Shown: in pieces, positions 8,596-17,830 of the stretch
Layout: every line of letters starts with the position of its first letter
Numbering within the stretch: the first letter of the stretch is position 1
IMG/VR virus record: IMGVR_UViG_3300017971_000135
Origin: a virus
Strand: one strand, 5' to 3'
DNA length: 40,093 nt
Program-made: the position numbers and the translations under genes
Notes under the pieces: generated by a model
The model's input: only the letters and a program-made list of their open reading frames with translations
What the model was told of the DNA's origin: nothing
The model's database searches: none

Positions 8596-9636
8596 TCAGT
8601 TACCTTGTCCGATGAAGTGTGCCCGGCCGGCGCCAGAGTTCCCGTAGTAGTCGGGAAGATACCCAGCCGTGATAAACAGCTGGTTGATACTGTCAGGCAA
8701 GTCGAGCGGGTCATTGAATATCGCTGCTGGGGGGATGACAGCGTAGTCGTCTGAGGCGGTATCGCGCCATCCCTTGTCACCAGACTCTTCATTCCCTTCC
8801 AGGACCTCGATTGTGTCTGCCGTCGGGGTGAGGTCGTCGGTGGTGTTACCCAGGACCGCGTTGTACGCCACCATTGACCAGTAGTCCGCTGTTCCATACG
8901 CGATGCCGTAGTCGTTGTCCGTACATCTGTTGAGCACCACCGTTGACGACTGTCCGACAACGATACCCCCACTGCCAGCGTTCCCATAGCAGCGGTTCAT
9001 CACCGACACCCCTCTGAGGGAATGGCCGATTCCATCCGTCGCGTTGTCATACGTAAGACAAAGAATGGCCTCCGACGCAGTCGTCACCCCATAGATGCCG
9101 TATGTCCCGTTTCCCTCGGCCACACACAATATGGCCTTACAGTACGCACTGAGGACAATGCCAGATAGCCCGTTGTCATAGGCGTAGCACAACAAGTACA
9201 TCCAGTTGCTGATCGTCGACGTTGTCGCTGGCCCGAACCCAGATAGCCCATTGTCATGCGCGATGCACCTGAAGAGACCGAGCTCGACGACGCCAGCGAC
9301 GGCGTCAAATCCGTCGCCAGTCGCGTTCTTAAATTCCAAGTACTCGAGGAGAGACCCGTCACACGCGGTATCGTTAGCTACGAGACAGTTCGTCTGGCCG
9401 GTGCCGTCGATAGCTGGTGTCGCGGCACCGACCGTCCATGACGTGTTGCAGCCGTGGATGAATAGCTTCTTGGTGAAGGTGTCGGACCTCCCAGACGGGC
9501 TGTCCTCTGCTACGTAGACATGGTCAAGCGCAGACGCGACGGTGTCGACCTTCGTGATCGTCTTGTACGGGTTCCCGCTGGAACCGTCGCCAGTCGAGTC
9601 GTCGCCAGTACTCTGTTTGACATACCAGTTGGCCAT
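8596..9636 (-). CDS. Right-handed parallel beta-helix repeat protein (tailspike / depolymerase candidate)
   Basis: The N-terminus MANWYVKQSTGDDSTGDGSSGNPYKTI is typical of pectate-lyase-fold proteins. Repeated C..DNG.SG / GNG.YG units follow. Confidence 0.7.
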   Translation of the reverse strand: MANWYVKQSTGDDSTGDGSSGNPYKTITKVDTVASALDHVYVAEDSPSGRSDTFTKKLFIHGCNTSWTVGAATPAIDGTGQTNCLVANDTACDGSLLEYLEFKNATGDGFDAVAGVVELGLFRCIAHDNGLSGFGPATTSTISNWMYLLCYAYDNGLSGIVLSAYCKAILCVAEGNGTYGIYGVTTASEAILCLTYDNATDGIGHSLRGVSVMNRCYGNAGSGGIVVGQSSTVVLNRCTDNDYGIAYGTADYWSMVAYNAVLGNTTDDLTPTADTIEVLEGNEESGDKGWRDTASDDYAVIPPAAIFNDPLDLPDSINQLFITAGYLPDYYGNSGAGRAHFIGQGN

Positions 9637-9998
9637 TAGGGTATCTCCACCGCTGTTTCGTCCTTCAGGGACAACTCGCTCTTCGCCGCCTCCTTCAACG
9701 CGTCTTCCCCGAGGTCAGCCTTGAGCCACCCAAGGTGTATCCGAGCCTCTACCACCGGATCCGGCCGGGGCTTCTCAACCATATCAGCATGAATACCGAC
9801 CAGCGAGCAGTCCTCAACCACGGCCTCCGGCCACAGCTCGACGTTCTTCATGTTGCACCGTCTGAACGTGACGCTCCTGTCTTCGCACGCCAGACGTGTG
9901 TGAGCCTTCTCTTGGCTCACGTTACACCGTGTCAGGATGTCGCCATCCCTCAGTTCGGCGCAGTCCTTACGCGCGAAGTTTCTATGGTACTCAGCCAT
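9636..9998 (-). CDS. Hypothetical protein with repeated Cys-containing short units
   Basis: ATG at 9998 with GGGAGG upstream. Repeats RCNVSQ / RRCNMKNV / EDCSLVG. Its stop overlaps the next start (TAATG). Confidence 0.55.
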   Translation of the reverse strand: MAEYHRNFARKDCAELRDGDILTRCNVSQEKAHTRLACEDRSVTFRRCNMKNVELWPEAVVEDCSLVGIHADMVEKPRPDPVVEARIHLGWLKADLGEDALKEAAKSELSLKDETAVEIP

Positions 9999-10000
9999 GT

Positions 10001-10234
10001 CTACCTCCCGCCTGTCTGGTCGTCCGGCTGCCGCTTCGGCACCAGGCGGACCTCGAACGTGTAGGACCCCCCGGTCAGCGCGTCCTGAATCGCGTCTATT
10101 CGAGCCCAAACCGTCTCGCGTGTCCGGGCACATTCGCTGCGCGCGACAAACCTGAGGCTGAACATGCCAACGGCGATCCCCGCGGAAAACGCCATCGACG
10201 CGATCGCTATGACAATGCCGAGCTCCACCTGCAT
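10001..10234 (-). CDS. Small membrane protein (one N-terminal TM, charged C-terminus)
   Basis: LGIVIAIASMAFSAGIAVGMF followed by an Arg/Glu/Asp-rich tail. It lies inside the tail module. Confidence 0.55.
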   Translation of the reverse strand: MQVELGIVIAIASMAFSAGIAVGMFSLRFVARSECARTRETVWARIDAIQDALTGGSYTFEVRLVPKRQPDDQTGGR

Positions 10235-10235
10235 G

Positions 10236-10604
10236 CTACACCTCCTCCACCTCGATGGTCACCCCGGTCCAGTAGTCCATGCCGACGCTCTTCGCCCGGG
10301 TCTTGTCGAACGGCTGCAGGAGCACGGTGTACGAGTCGATGGTACTATCCGGTCTGGTCACGAGCAGGCTGAGCTCGTCGTCGAGGGCGTACAGCGTACC
10401 GAAGGTGTCAAGGTCATCCTGGTGTATCAGTTCGTATGCCATGGTGAACTTGCGCTTCGTGGCAATAACGTCGCGGACGAGTCGCCCGGACGCCGTCCTG
10501 TCCTCCCGGGTGACCGCGACTAGGTGCTCGGAAAACTCGCGCGCGAATGCGCTCAGCAGGACCTCAGAGCCGCTCTCGCCGAGCTTTATGTCGTTCAGCG
10601 CCAT
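10236..10604 (-). CDS. Small tail protein immediately after the tape measure
   Basis: 122 aa, with its ATG overlapping the tape-measure stop (ATGA). The function is assigned by position only. Confidence 0.65.
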   Translation of the reverse strand: MALNDIKLGESGSEVLLSAFAREFSEHLVAVTREDRTASGRLVRDVIATKRKFTMAYELIHQDDLDTFGTLYALDDELSLLVTRPDSTIDSYTVLLQPFDKTRAKSVGMDYWTGVTIEVEEV

Positions 10605-13024
10605 CAGGACTCACCTTTCCGCTGCTGTTCCTGATTGCGGAACCGCAGCAGCACCCGCTCGAGCTGCTTCAGACCGCTGTCGTCGGCGATGAGCATCCCG
10701 ACGTGCAGGTGCATGCCCCCGCCACCGGCGCCGGCTGCAGCGGCGGCACTCGCCCCACCCATCGACGCCGGCAGGGCCGGAGCCGCCGCCAGCCCGCGAA
10801 TCCCCTGCACGACCTGGTCGACTACCTTGCTGACACCGCTCTGCATGGGCAGTATCATCTCGTCCTGCCCACCCTCGCCGGCAACCACCGCGGTACCGCT
10901 GTTGCTGCGTCTCACTACTCCACCCTGGGCCAATGGCGGCAGTGGCTCCGCAGCGATGAGTGCGATCTGAGCCACAGCCAGCGCCCCAAACAGAATGGCC
11001 ATGATGAGCCCCAGGGGGAACCCCAGCGTCAATGCCTTACTTACCGCCTGGAACCCGTTGATAATGGCCGAGAAGACGGCGGCGGCCTTGTCCCGCTTCG
11101 CCTGCTCCCGCATGAGCTCACGCTTCTTCTTGTCGGCGTTCTTGTCGATCTCCTCTTTGCGCTTCGCCTTCTCTTCCTCGCCCAGAGTGCTCGCGTCGAT
11201 TGCCGCCTTCTTCGCGGTCGTCTCCTGGTCCAAGCGGGCGAGCTCGTTGTCGGTCGACTGAGACATGAGGCTGAATATCTGGTTCACCGCCTCGACCGCC
11301 ATACCATACGTCGCCTGGGCCGTCTCTCGGCGCTTCTGGACCTCCTGTTCGGCCAAGCGGGCCTTCTCCTTCGCCTCATCCTCAGCGAGCTTCAGGCGCT
11401 GGATCTGGTAGTACGCCTCGATATCCTGCCGGCTGGCGCCGTACTCGGAGGCCTTCGCGAGGGCCTGCTCATACTCGTACTCGAGGAGCTCTGCCCGGGT
11501 CATGGTTTCGCCGCGCAGCTTGTCGGTCCATCCCGCTTCGAAGTCCGCGCGGGCTTTGGCCAGGTCCTCCTCGGTGTCGATCTGCTCCTTCGTGGCCTTC
11601 GCGTCCTTCTTCCTCAGCTCGATCTCGCCGAGTGTGGAGGTCTTGTACTTCTCGGTCTCCTGCTTCGCCTTCTCGATTGCGTCGGCCAGCTCCTTCTCGG
11701 CCTTGATCTTGGCGACGGTCTCGGCCCGGGCCCGCCGCCGGATCTTCATCTCCGCGTCTTCCTCGGCCCACAGCTGCCCGAGCTTCAGGCGCAGCCCGTC
11801 TATCTTCTTGCTCAGCCCCGGAATGAACTTGGCCATTGAGGAGACGGCGCCGAGGACCGCGTGCGCGAGGCGAAACGCGAGCTTTTTGACGTACCCGACC
11901 CCCTGCTTCGCAGCGTAGACAATCCCGTCCCACACTTCGAGCATCTTCTCCTTGACCGTATCCCAGTTGCGGTACAGCGCAATGCCGGCGACCACGAGAA
12001 GGCCGATGAGGGTGATGATGAGCCCGATGGGGTTCGCGCGCAGGACCATGTTGAACGACTTGAACACCATCACCGCGACCTTCACCAGGCCGAGCATCTT
12101 TCCGACACCGATGAGCAGCGGCCCGAGGGTGACGGCGAAGATGCCCAGACCAACCGCCAGGTCTTTCACGAACGGGTTGAGATTGTTGAACCAGTCGGCC
12201 GCGGTACCGATCCACTCGATGATCTTCCGGAACGCCGGTATGACGCTCTCGGTGATGAGGGGAACGATGGTGTCCTGCAGGATCGGTACGAACTTCACCG
12301 CGAGTTCGCGGCCGAGGCTGATGAATTGCCCCTTGACCTTCTCGAACGACCCGCGCAGCTTGTTCGCGGCCTCGATGCTGTCCTTGCTCATCACCAAGCC
12401 CATGCCGTGAGCCTCGCCGCGAATTTTGTTCAGCTGCTCCTCGGTCATGCCCAGGACCGGCGCCAGATCCTGCATGCTGCGCCCGAACAGCTGCATGGCA
12501 ATCGCGTTACGCTCCGACACATTCGGAATACTCTGTAGTCGGGCAATCATCTCCGGAAACAGATCGTTCATGTCCCGAACTTCGCCGTTCGCGTCGAACA
12601 TGTTCACCCCGAGGGCCTTGATAGCGTCGCTGGCCGCTCCTTCCCCCTTCACCAACTGCGGCAGCCGCTGCACGAGTTTTGAGGCCGTGCCTGTCAAGGC
12701 CTCGAAATTGACGCCCGCTGCGCGCGCAACGTGCTCCATTTCTTGGAGAGTGTCGGTTGACAAGCCGGTGATCTGCTCCAGATCAAGCAGCTTGTCGGCA
12801 TACTGGCCCGTCTTCGTCGCCAGAAGCACCATCCCGCCAGCGGCCGCGGCCAGGGGCGCCGTCAGCTTCGTAACACCCACCCCAACCTTCTGCACTTGGC
12901 GGCCGAAACGATCTATACGCTTCGCTGTCTTCTCGACAACTTTTCCCGCTTTGTCCAGCTTCGTGCCGAGATCCCCGAAGCCCTCGGTGGTGATGCGCCC
13001 CACCAATTTGAATACTTCTCTCAT
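10604..13024 (-). CDS. Tail tape measure protein
   Basis: 806 aa. The N-terminal region (LQEMEHVARAAGVNFE...AIKALGV..FDANGE..RNAIAMQLFGRS) resembles the TP901-type tape-measure domain. Central hydrophobic segments and a long coiled coil follow. It sits after the chaperone pair. Confidence 0.9.
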   Translation of the reverse strand: MREVFKLVGRITTEGFGDLGTKLDKAGKVVEKTAKRIDRFGRQVQKVGVGVTKLTAPLAAAAGGMVLLATKTGQYADKLLDLEQITGLSTDTLQEMEHVARAAGVNFEALTGTASKLVQRLPQLVKGEGAASDAIKALGVNMFDANGEVRDMNDLFPEMIARLQSIPNVSERNAIAMQLFGRSMQDLAPVLGMTEEQLNKIRGEAHGMGLVMSKDSIEAANKLRGSFEKVKGQFISLGRELAVKFVPILQDTIVPLITESVIPAFRKIIEWIGTAADWFNNLNPFVKDLAVGLGIFAVTLGPLLIGVGKMLGLVKVAVMVFKSFNMVLRANPIGLIITLIGLLVVAGIALYRNWDTVKEKMLEVWDGIVYAAKQGVGYVKKLAFRLAHAVLGAVSSMAKFIPGLSKKIDGLRLKLGQLWAEEDAEMKIRRRARAETVAKIKAEKELADAIEKAKQETEKYKTSTLGEIELRKKDAKATKEQIDTEEDLAKARADFEAGWTDKLRGETMTRAELLEYEYEQALAKASEYGASRQDIEAYYQIQRLKLAEDEAKEKARLAEQEVQKRRETAQATYGMAVEAVNQIFSLMSQSTDNELARLDQETTAKKAAIDASTLGEEEKAKRKEEIDKNADKKKRELMREQAKRDKAAAVFSAIINGFQAVSKALTLGFPLGLIMAILFGALAVAQIALIAAEPLPPLAQGGVVRRSNSGTAVVAGEGGQDEMILPMQSGVSKVVDQVVQGIRGLAAAPALPASMGGASAAAAAGAGGGGMHLHVGMLIADDSGLKQLERVLLRFRNQEQQRKGES

Positions 13025-13796
13025 GTCGCCTTCTTCGCCTTGAATGCCGCGCTGATCTTCTTCGCCGTCGCCAGGGCCCGGGCTGTAACCGCCTTGCGCT
13101 GCTCAGGGTCCAGGGGCGGGGGGTCGTCACTCAGCCCGAACAGCCGCAGGTATTTCGAGAACGGCAATTCCTTCTTCAGAGACCCCGATTGCTGTCCTAG
13201 TTGCCAACCCACGAAAGCGGCGCCGGTCATCGTGTTCTTAAACCGCTCCGCCCGCTCCGCCTCGATCATGTCAACGCGGAAAACGAACTCCTCCCACCTC
13301 AGTCCTTCGAGCTGCTCTGTAGAGATCCGCTCACGGAACCGAACGCGTCTTTCGCTCTCGACAACGCTGTCTGAAACCACCCGGTCCCGCTGAACAGCTG
13401 CAATGCACCAGTAAAAAAACGCTCGACTTCCGGGGCCTCCTTCATCTGGTTCAGGATCTGCACGTCGATATCAATCGGCAGCTCCTGGTACTGCTCCGGA
13501 GTGACGCCGATAAGCTCGGCCAGCCACGCCTCCACGTCGGCCGTCATCTGCACCAGACAACGACGGAAAAGCGCGAAGAACACCTCCACAACCCGAGCCC
13601 GCTGCACTTCGGCGGAACCGGCACCCTCGCCGTCCCCGGCAGTACTGCGGGTGCTGGAGATGATATCGCGCAGCGTCGACTCGTCGAACTCGTCAGCCAG
13701 CTTGCTCAGCATACCCGCAACCACCCGCTGGTCACGTTTGATCAGCGGGCGGATGCGGTACTTGGCCGCGGTAACTGCGGACTGCGTCTCACTCAT
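13021..13796 (-). CDS. Tail assembly chaperone, -1 frameshift fusion product (GT-like)
   Basis: From the T7 run the -1 frame stays open through 13021 (FFYWCIAAVQRDRVVSDSVVESERR...). It ends in an ATGA overlap with the tape-measure start. Confidence 0.7.
13299..13796 (-). CDS. Tail assembly chaperone (G-like, zero-frame product)
   Basis: Located between the major tail and tape-measure genes. Contains the slippery run T7. Confidence 0.8.
   Translation of the reverse strand: MSETQSAVTAAKYRIRPLIKRDQRVVAGMLSKLADEFDESTLRDIISSTRSTAGDGEGAGSAEVQRARVVEVFFALFRRCLVQMTADVEAWLAELIGVTPEQYQELPIDIDVQILNQMKEAPEVERFFTGALQLFSGTGWFQTALSRAKDAFGSVSGSLQSSSKD
13413..13419 (-). promoter_or_regulatory. Programmed -1 ribosomal frameshift slippery heptamer T_TTT_TTT
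   Basis: The minus strand reads cgT TTT TTT act in the zero frame of 13299-13796. The plus strand shows gtaaaaaaac at 13411-13420. Confidence 0.7.
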
Positions 13797-13827
13797 GGCG
13801 TCCCCTTCTCCTCGGTTGGTGGTGTCA

Positions 13828-14400
13828 CTACGCGATAATCGGGCTGTATATCTCCCAGGGCTCCGTTGTCAGGGCGCTCGGGTCGAAGTGGGCCCGGAAC
13901 GTCACCGGCAGCACCGACTCGTCCTTGTCCGCGAACGAGACCTCGAGGTTGCCGTCGGAGATGACGTTCTTGATCAGGCATATCACGTAGTTCGTTTCCG
14001 ACTGCGTCGACTCCCCGACAATGGCGATGTTGGTCAGGTAGTCGGTGGTGGCGATATCGGCCGCCCGCGTGATCAGGTCGTGGGTCTTCGTTGCCGGCGC
14101 AACAGGATGGTCCGCGGCCGTGGCGCCCGGAAGCGCGTACAGCAGCAGCTCCTTCTTCACTTCGACGAAGTTTGCGGTGATGCTCGCGATGACGCTTACG
14201 ATGCGTTCCCCGCCCTTCACCGGACCGCGTGCGCCGTCCACATCCATCTGCCGGATCTCGGTCTCGATCTTGAACGTGTTGCCCCCGCGGGTGGCGCCGA
14301 GGAGGAGCTCGTTGGCCTCCCCGTAATTTTTGTACACCGCACCCGAATCAATGATAAACCGGGTGTAGGTGTTGGCAGTGATGCCGTGTGTCTGTGCCAT
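13828..14400 (-). CDS. Major tail protein
   Basis: 190 aa, positioned upstream of the chaperones, with a GGAG RBS. The sequence style is typical of siphovirus tube proteins. Confidence 0.8.
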   Translation of the reverse strand: MAQTHGITANTYTRFIIDSGAVYKNYGEANELLLGATRGGNTFKIETEIRQMDVDGARGPVKGGERIVSVIASITANFVEVKKELLLYALPGATAADHPVAPATKTHDLITRAADIATTDYLTNIAIVGESTQSETNYVICLIKNVISDGNLEVSFADKDESVLPVTFRAHFDPSALTTEPWEIYSPIIA

Positions 14401-14444
14401 GATCTATGCTCCATTCTCCGCGCCAACCGGCGCGAGGTTGGCGG

Positions 14445-14780
14445 TTACAGGCTGAACACCTCGACCGTCACGTCGGTGTGGGCGTCGTACGTCAGCTGGA
14501 CGTACCCATCCTCGTCATTGTACCGATCAGTCGGGAACGGGCCGGCGAGACGCTGCTCACCTGACTGCACCACAACGTCAACGTCGTGGGTTTCCCCCTG
14601 GCTGCATTCCACCTGGCTTGCAACCGTCATGGTCGGCGCCGTGGTACCGGTGTCGGTGATGCGGATGTAAGTTCGCCCGTTGTTGGTGAAGTAGTTGCCG
14701 TCGGCGTTCGCCGAGGCAGCCGCGGCCGCCTCGAGGCCCGTGTCGACAATCTGTTGAACTGTGAGTTCTGACGCTGCCAT
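14445..14780 (-). CDS. Hypothetical protein (neck/tail region)
   Basis: 111-aa ORF with an ATG and an AAAGGGG RBS, lying between the tail-terminator-like gene and the major tail gene. Confidence 0.6.
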   Translation of the reverse strand: MAASELTVQQIVDTGLEAAAAASANADGNYFTNNGRTYIRITDTGTTAPTMTVASQVECSQGETHDVDVVVQSGEQRLAGPFPTDRYNDEDGYVQLTYDAHTDVTVEVFSL

Positions 14781-14800
14781 GTTACACCCCTTTCGTGGTG

Positions 14801-15229
14801 CTACGTGAGCTGTGCCGCCCAGGCCTTGCGGCCGGCGCGGGCTGTGAATTGCAGGTTGTAGTGAATCTTCTGCGAGTCGGGCTCCGGAACGGGCCCTGCC
14901 GAGAAGAGGTACGTCCGTATCGTGTCGTGCCTGGCGCGGGGGTCGGTGAGTGTCGCGTGGTCGAGCAGAAACTCGACGCGCTCCGACGCCGAGCGGACCT
15001 GGGCCCGGGTGGAGGAGCGCCCGTACAGGTCGACCATTACGTTGAACGCCATGATGGCCAGGTTCTCGTCAGCCAGGCGGTCGATGGTGTACACCAGGTA
15101 CATCTCCTCAGCGTCCTCCGGCGCCGCGTCACTGAACACCGCAGGCAGCCCGCCGTAGCTCGACAGGTATCCCGTGAGGGTCCCGTCCCCGCTCAGTTTC
15201 GTGTACATTGCAGCCTCGAACACTGTCAT
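14801..15229 (-). CDS. Tail terminator / neck protein (assigned by position)
   Basis: 142 aa, directly after the gp10-like gene. The assignment rests on gene order. Confidence 0.6.
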   Translation of the reverse strand: MTVFEAAMYTKLSGDGTLTGYLSSYGGLPAVFSDAAPEDAEEMYLVYTIDRLADENLAIMAFNVMVDLYGRSSTRAQVRSASERVEFLLDHATLTDPRARHDTIRTYLFSAGPVPEPDSQKIHYNLQFTARAGRKAWAAQLT

Positions 15230-15601
15230 CTACCCTGCGAGCCAGTCGCCGTCTGTGAGGATCTTCTTGACCGTTGGTGCCTCCTCCGCAAACGTCGGAA
15301 ACAGCACCGGCCGAGCTGCCATCTTCGATGTGCCGAACTCAAGCATCCGGGCATGGTACGCCGGCGCCTTGAACCCCACCAGTGTAGTCGAGGGGTGCGT
15401 TTTCACAGCCAGCCCCTTCAGCAGGTTTCCGGTCACCTTGCCCGGTGGTTCTCCGGGGATCGATGTTCCGCCCTTGTTGATCTTCGCCTTCACCTGGGCC
15501 TTCACATGCAGTCCCGCCTTCTGGCGCAGCCGCCTGTCAGACCGCTGCAGATCCTTCATGATCGCATCGGTGAAACTCCGAACTCGTGCGAACCCTGGCA
15601 T
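15230..15601 (-). CDS. HK97 gp10-family tail-completion protein
   Basis: Internal ATG at 15601 overlapping the upstream stop (TAATG). The C-terminal MLEFGTSKMAARPVLFPT block is typical of the family. Confidence 0.75.
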   Translation of the reverse strand: MPGFARVRSFTDAIMKDLQRSDRRLRQKAGLHVKAQVKAKINKGGTSIPGEPPGKVTGNLLKGLAVKTHPSTTLVGFKAPAYHARMLEFGTSKMAARPVLFPTFAEEAPTVKKILTDGDWLAG

Positions 15602-15948
15602 TATCGTCTCTCCAGGCACGTACACACCTTCTCGAACGACCGCTCCTGCAGGTTCTCGACAGTCAGGACCTCGAGATGCCGAGTCCCGAACCGGATGCGA
15701 TCCTTCTCCTCCACCTCCACGTACCCGTCGACCCGGACCAGGTGCGTCGCGTCCACGCCGACCGTCTTGTACTGCGTCTGGTTGCGGGCCTGGATGGGGG
15801 AGATGCTCGCCCATACCTGGGCCCCTGTGCGCGCCGCCCACTGCTCAGACATGCCCCCCTCGCCGTCAGAGACCCGGGTAGGTGTCTCCACCCAGACCAA
15901 GTGTCTGGCGGCGGTACGGAGGGTCTTGCGTGGCTGGCGGTCCATCAT
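15601..15948 (-). CDS. Head closure / head-tail adaptor protein (SPP1 gp16-like)
   Basis: 115 aa. The pattern W..VWASI.P....E......V..THLVR.. is typical of head-tail joining proteins. Confidence 0.8.
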   Translation of the reverse strand: MMDRQPRKTLRTAARHLVWVETPTRVSDGEGGMSEQWAARTGAQVWASISPIQARNQTQYKTVGVDATHLVRVDGYVEVEEKDRIRFGTRHLEVLTVENLQERSFEKVCTCLERR

Positions 15949-15962
15949 GGGTACACCTCAGC

Positions 15963-16544
15963 TCAGCATGTCGTGTGCACGCGATCTGCCCGCAGCAAAC
16001 CATAGAACGCTTCCGGAACCTGGCCTGACTCGGCCGCCCGGTTCTCATATCGCCACCCGCAGTACAGCCTGATGGCGTCGCGGACAAACCCCGGTACATC
16101 AGTTGCCGCATCTCCGTAGCCGGCCACGTACCGCACGTGCACGGCGTCGATGGAGCGCAGCGTTACAGCTGGCCAGCTCTCGCCCCAGGCCAGATCGATG
16201 CGCCCTGGTTCACCCGCGGTGTCGATGATGAACATGTCCTCGGTGCCCGACTCGTACAGCGTCGTCTCGGAGCCCTCGTAGTCGGTGTATTTGATGCTGG
16301 TAACCGACTGCAGCGGCGCCCGGGGCAGATAGATGGGCATGTCCGGGAAGGCGTCGAACGACAGCTCGAGCGTCTGCTCGATGTAGGCCCGCCCCTGGTA
16401 GTCCTCGGCCAGCTGGCGCGCGGTCTTGATCCACGCGGCGATCAGCGAGTCTTCCACCGAGTGGCTCACGTGGGTGTAGGTCTTCACGTCGTAGGTCTCG
16501 ACGGGCTCATCCGTCGGACCGGTGACCACGCGCAGTCGGCTCAT
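15963..16544 (-). CDS. gp6-like head-tail connector protein
   Basis: 193 aa. Contains ..D.LI...I..AR...E.Y..RA.I.QT..L..D.F, the usual pattern of the gp6-like family. Confidence 0.8.
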   Translation of the reverse strand: MSRLRVVTGPTDEPVETYDVKTYTHVSHSVEDSLIAAWIKTARQLAEDYQGRAYIEQTLELSFDAFPDMPIYLPRAPLQSVTSIKYTDYEGSETTLYESGTEDMFIIDTAGEPGRIDLAWGESWPAVTLRSIDAVHVRYVAGYGDAATDVPGFVRDAIRLYCGWRYENRAAESGQVPEAFYGLLRADRVHTTC

Positions 16545-16690
16545 TTTGCCTTCCTCCGCCGCTTCGCAACCGGCTCATCGTGGTCGGGCTCAGCCAACCC
16601 GGCCGAGATCAGCCGCTTCGCCAGGGCCTCGGGATACTCCCCGTTCTCATCCGGCCGGACGGTCAACCTGTAGCGCAGTTTCAGTCTCAT
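16541..16690 (-). CDS. Hypothetical small basic protein
   Basis: ATG at 16690 with GGAGGGA upstream. 49 aa, overlapping the next start. Confidence 0.45.
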   Translation of the reverse strand: MRLKLRYRLTVRPDENGEYPEALAKRLISAGLAEPDHDEPVAKRRRKAK

Positions 16691-16770
16691 CGTCTTCCCT
16701 CCGCGGGAATCCCGCGGGAGCATCTCTGCGCCCGCGGGTTGCTTTCCTTGATCCTGCTTTGCAGGTCCCC

Positions 16771-17241
16771 TTACGCCGCGGCGATGCTCGCTCCGTCATC
16801 CAGCGGGATGTACGTTATCATCCAGGAAATCGATCCGGTGTTCGTGGCGGCGCAGTCGAGCTCGATGTCACCCTCGGAAAAGACGATCGGTCTCTCCAGC
16901 AGCGCGTCGGTTTCGAGGCAGAGAAGCCCGGCCACCATCCCGTCCGAGAAGTCGCCAGTGATGCTGTACAGCGTTCCGACCGCATCGCCGCTGATGTCGA
17001 GCACGGCACAGAGGTCCGTGTCGGCGCCGGCCGCCGTCGGATTGAACTTCAGTTTGGTGTTGTTGGCTTGGGTCTGGATTACGGTCGTGACCTCGCCCAG
17101 AATGGACGTGACCATCACGCGGCCGCCGGTGATGGTGAACAACGCCTCATCGGTTCCTGCCGGCAGGGTGTCGGTCGCCCGGTACACGCGCTCGCCCAGT
17201 ACCGCCTTTCGGAAGGACTGGAGATCGTTGAGTACTGACAT
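16771..17241 (-). CDS. Hypothetical head-module protein
   Basis: ATG at 17241, 156 aa, with beta-rich composition. Function unknown. Confidence 0.6.
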   Translation of the reverse strand: MSVLNDLQSFRKAVLGERVYRATDTLPAGTDEALFTITGGRVMVTSILGEVTTVIQTQANNTKLKFNPTAAGADTDLCAVLDISGDAVGTLYSITGDFSDGMVAGLLCLETDALLERPIVFSEGDIELDCAATNTGSISWMITYIPLDDGASIAAA

Positions 17242-17301
17242 GTGGTGATCCTTTCGGTGAGCTGGCGGGAGCTCAGAAGCCCCCGCCGACTCGGTCAATG
17301 G

Positions 17302-17760
17302 TTACACAATCGCGCTGTCCTGGACGGCCTGGTCGTACCGGGGGCCACGCAGGATAGCAAGGATGCCGCCGAGCACAGGGTCATTCGCGACCTCGACTGC
17401 CTGGAGCCGCACGTAGCTGTCGTCGCTCGCCAGGCTCTGTGCCTTGACCCGCACCAGGTACAGCTGCGAGCTGCCAGCCGTGGTTGTAAACCCGGCAGTC
17501 GTGGCGGCCGTCATTGCGCCGTGGGTGTCGCCGCTGGTAATAGCCTGGTACTCGAAGGCAATCGCCGTTTCCGTCGAGGGTGTCGTGTCATCACAGCTGT
17601 TCACCGTGATGGTGGAGGTGCCGGTCGTGCCTACGCCCTTGTAGATCACGAACACCACCTCATCGTGGTGCTTCAGGTTGATAACGTCGCTGTACACGGT
17701 GCCGGCGAACGCGTCGGCAATCGGGTCCAGTCCCTTGACAAGGTGCAGATAGCTGTCCAT
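17302..17760 (-). CDS. Hypothetical head-module protein (possible decoration/cement protein, by position)
   Basis: 152 aa, directly after the capsid gene and Thr/Ala-rich. The assignment is by position only. Confidence 0.65.
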   Translation of the reverse strand: MDSYLHLVKGLDPIADAFAGTVYSDVINLKHHDEVVFVIYKGVGTTGTSTITVNSCDDTTPSTETAIAFEYQAITSGDTHGAMTAATTAGFTTTAGSSQLYLVRVKAQSLASDDSYVRLQAVEVANDPVLGGILAILRGPRYDQAVQDSAIV

Positions 17761-17830
17761 TGTGTCTCTCCTTCTCGTTTTGGGTTTGGGTGGGCGGCCA
17801 CAATGGACCGCCCTACACCCCTCTCAGTGG

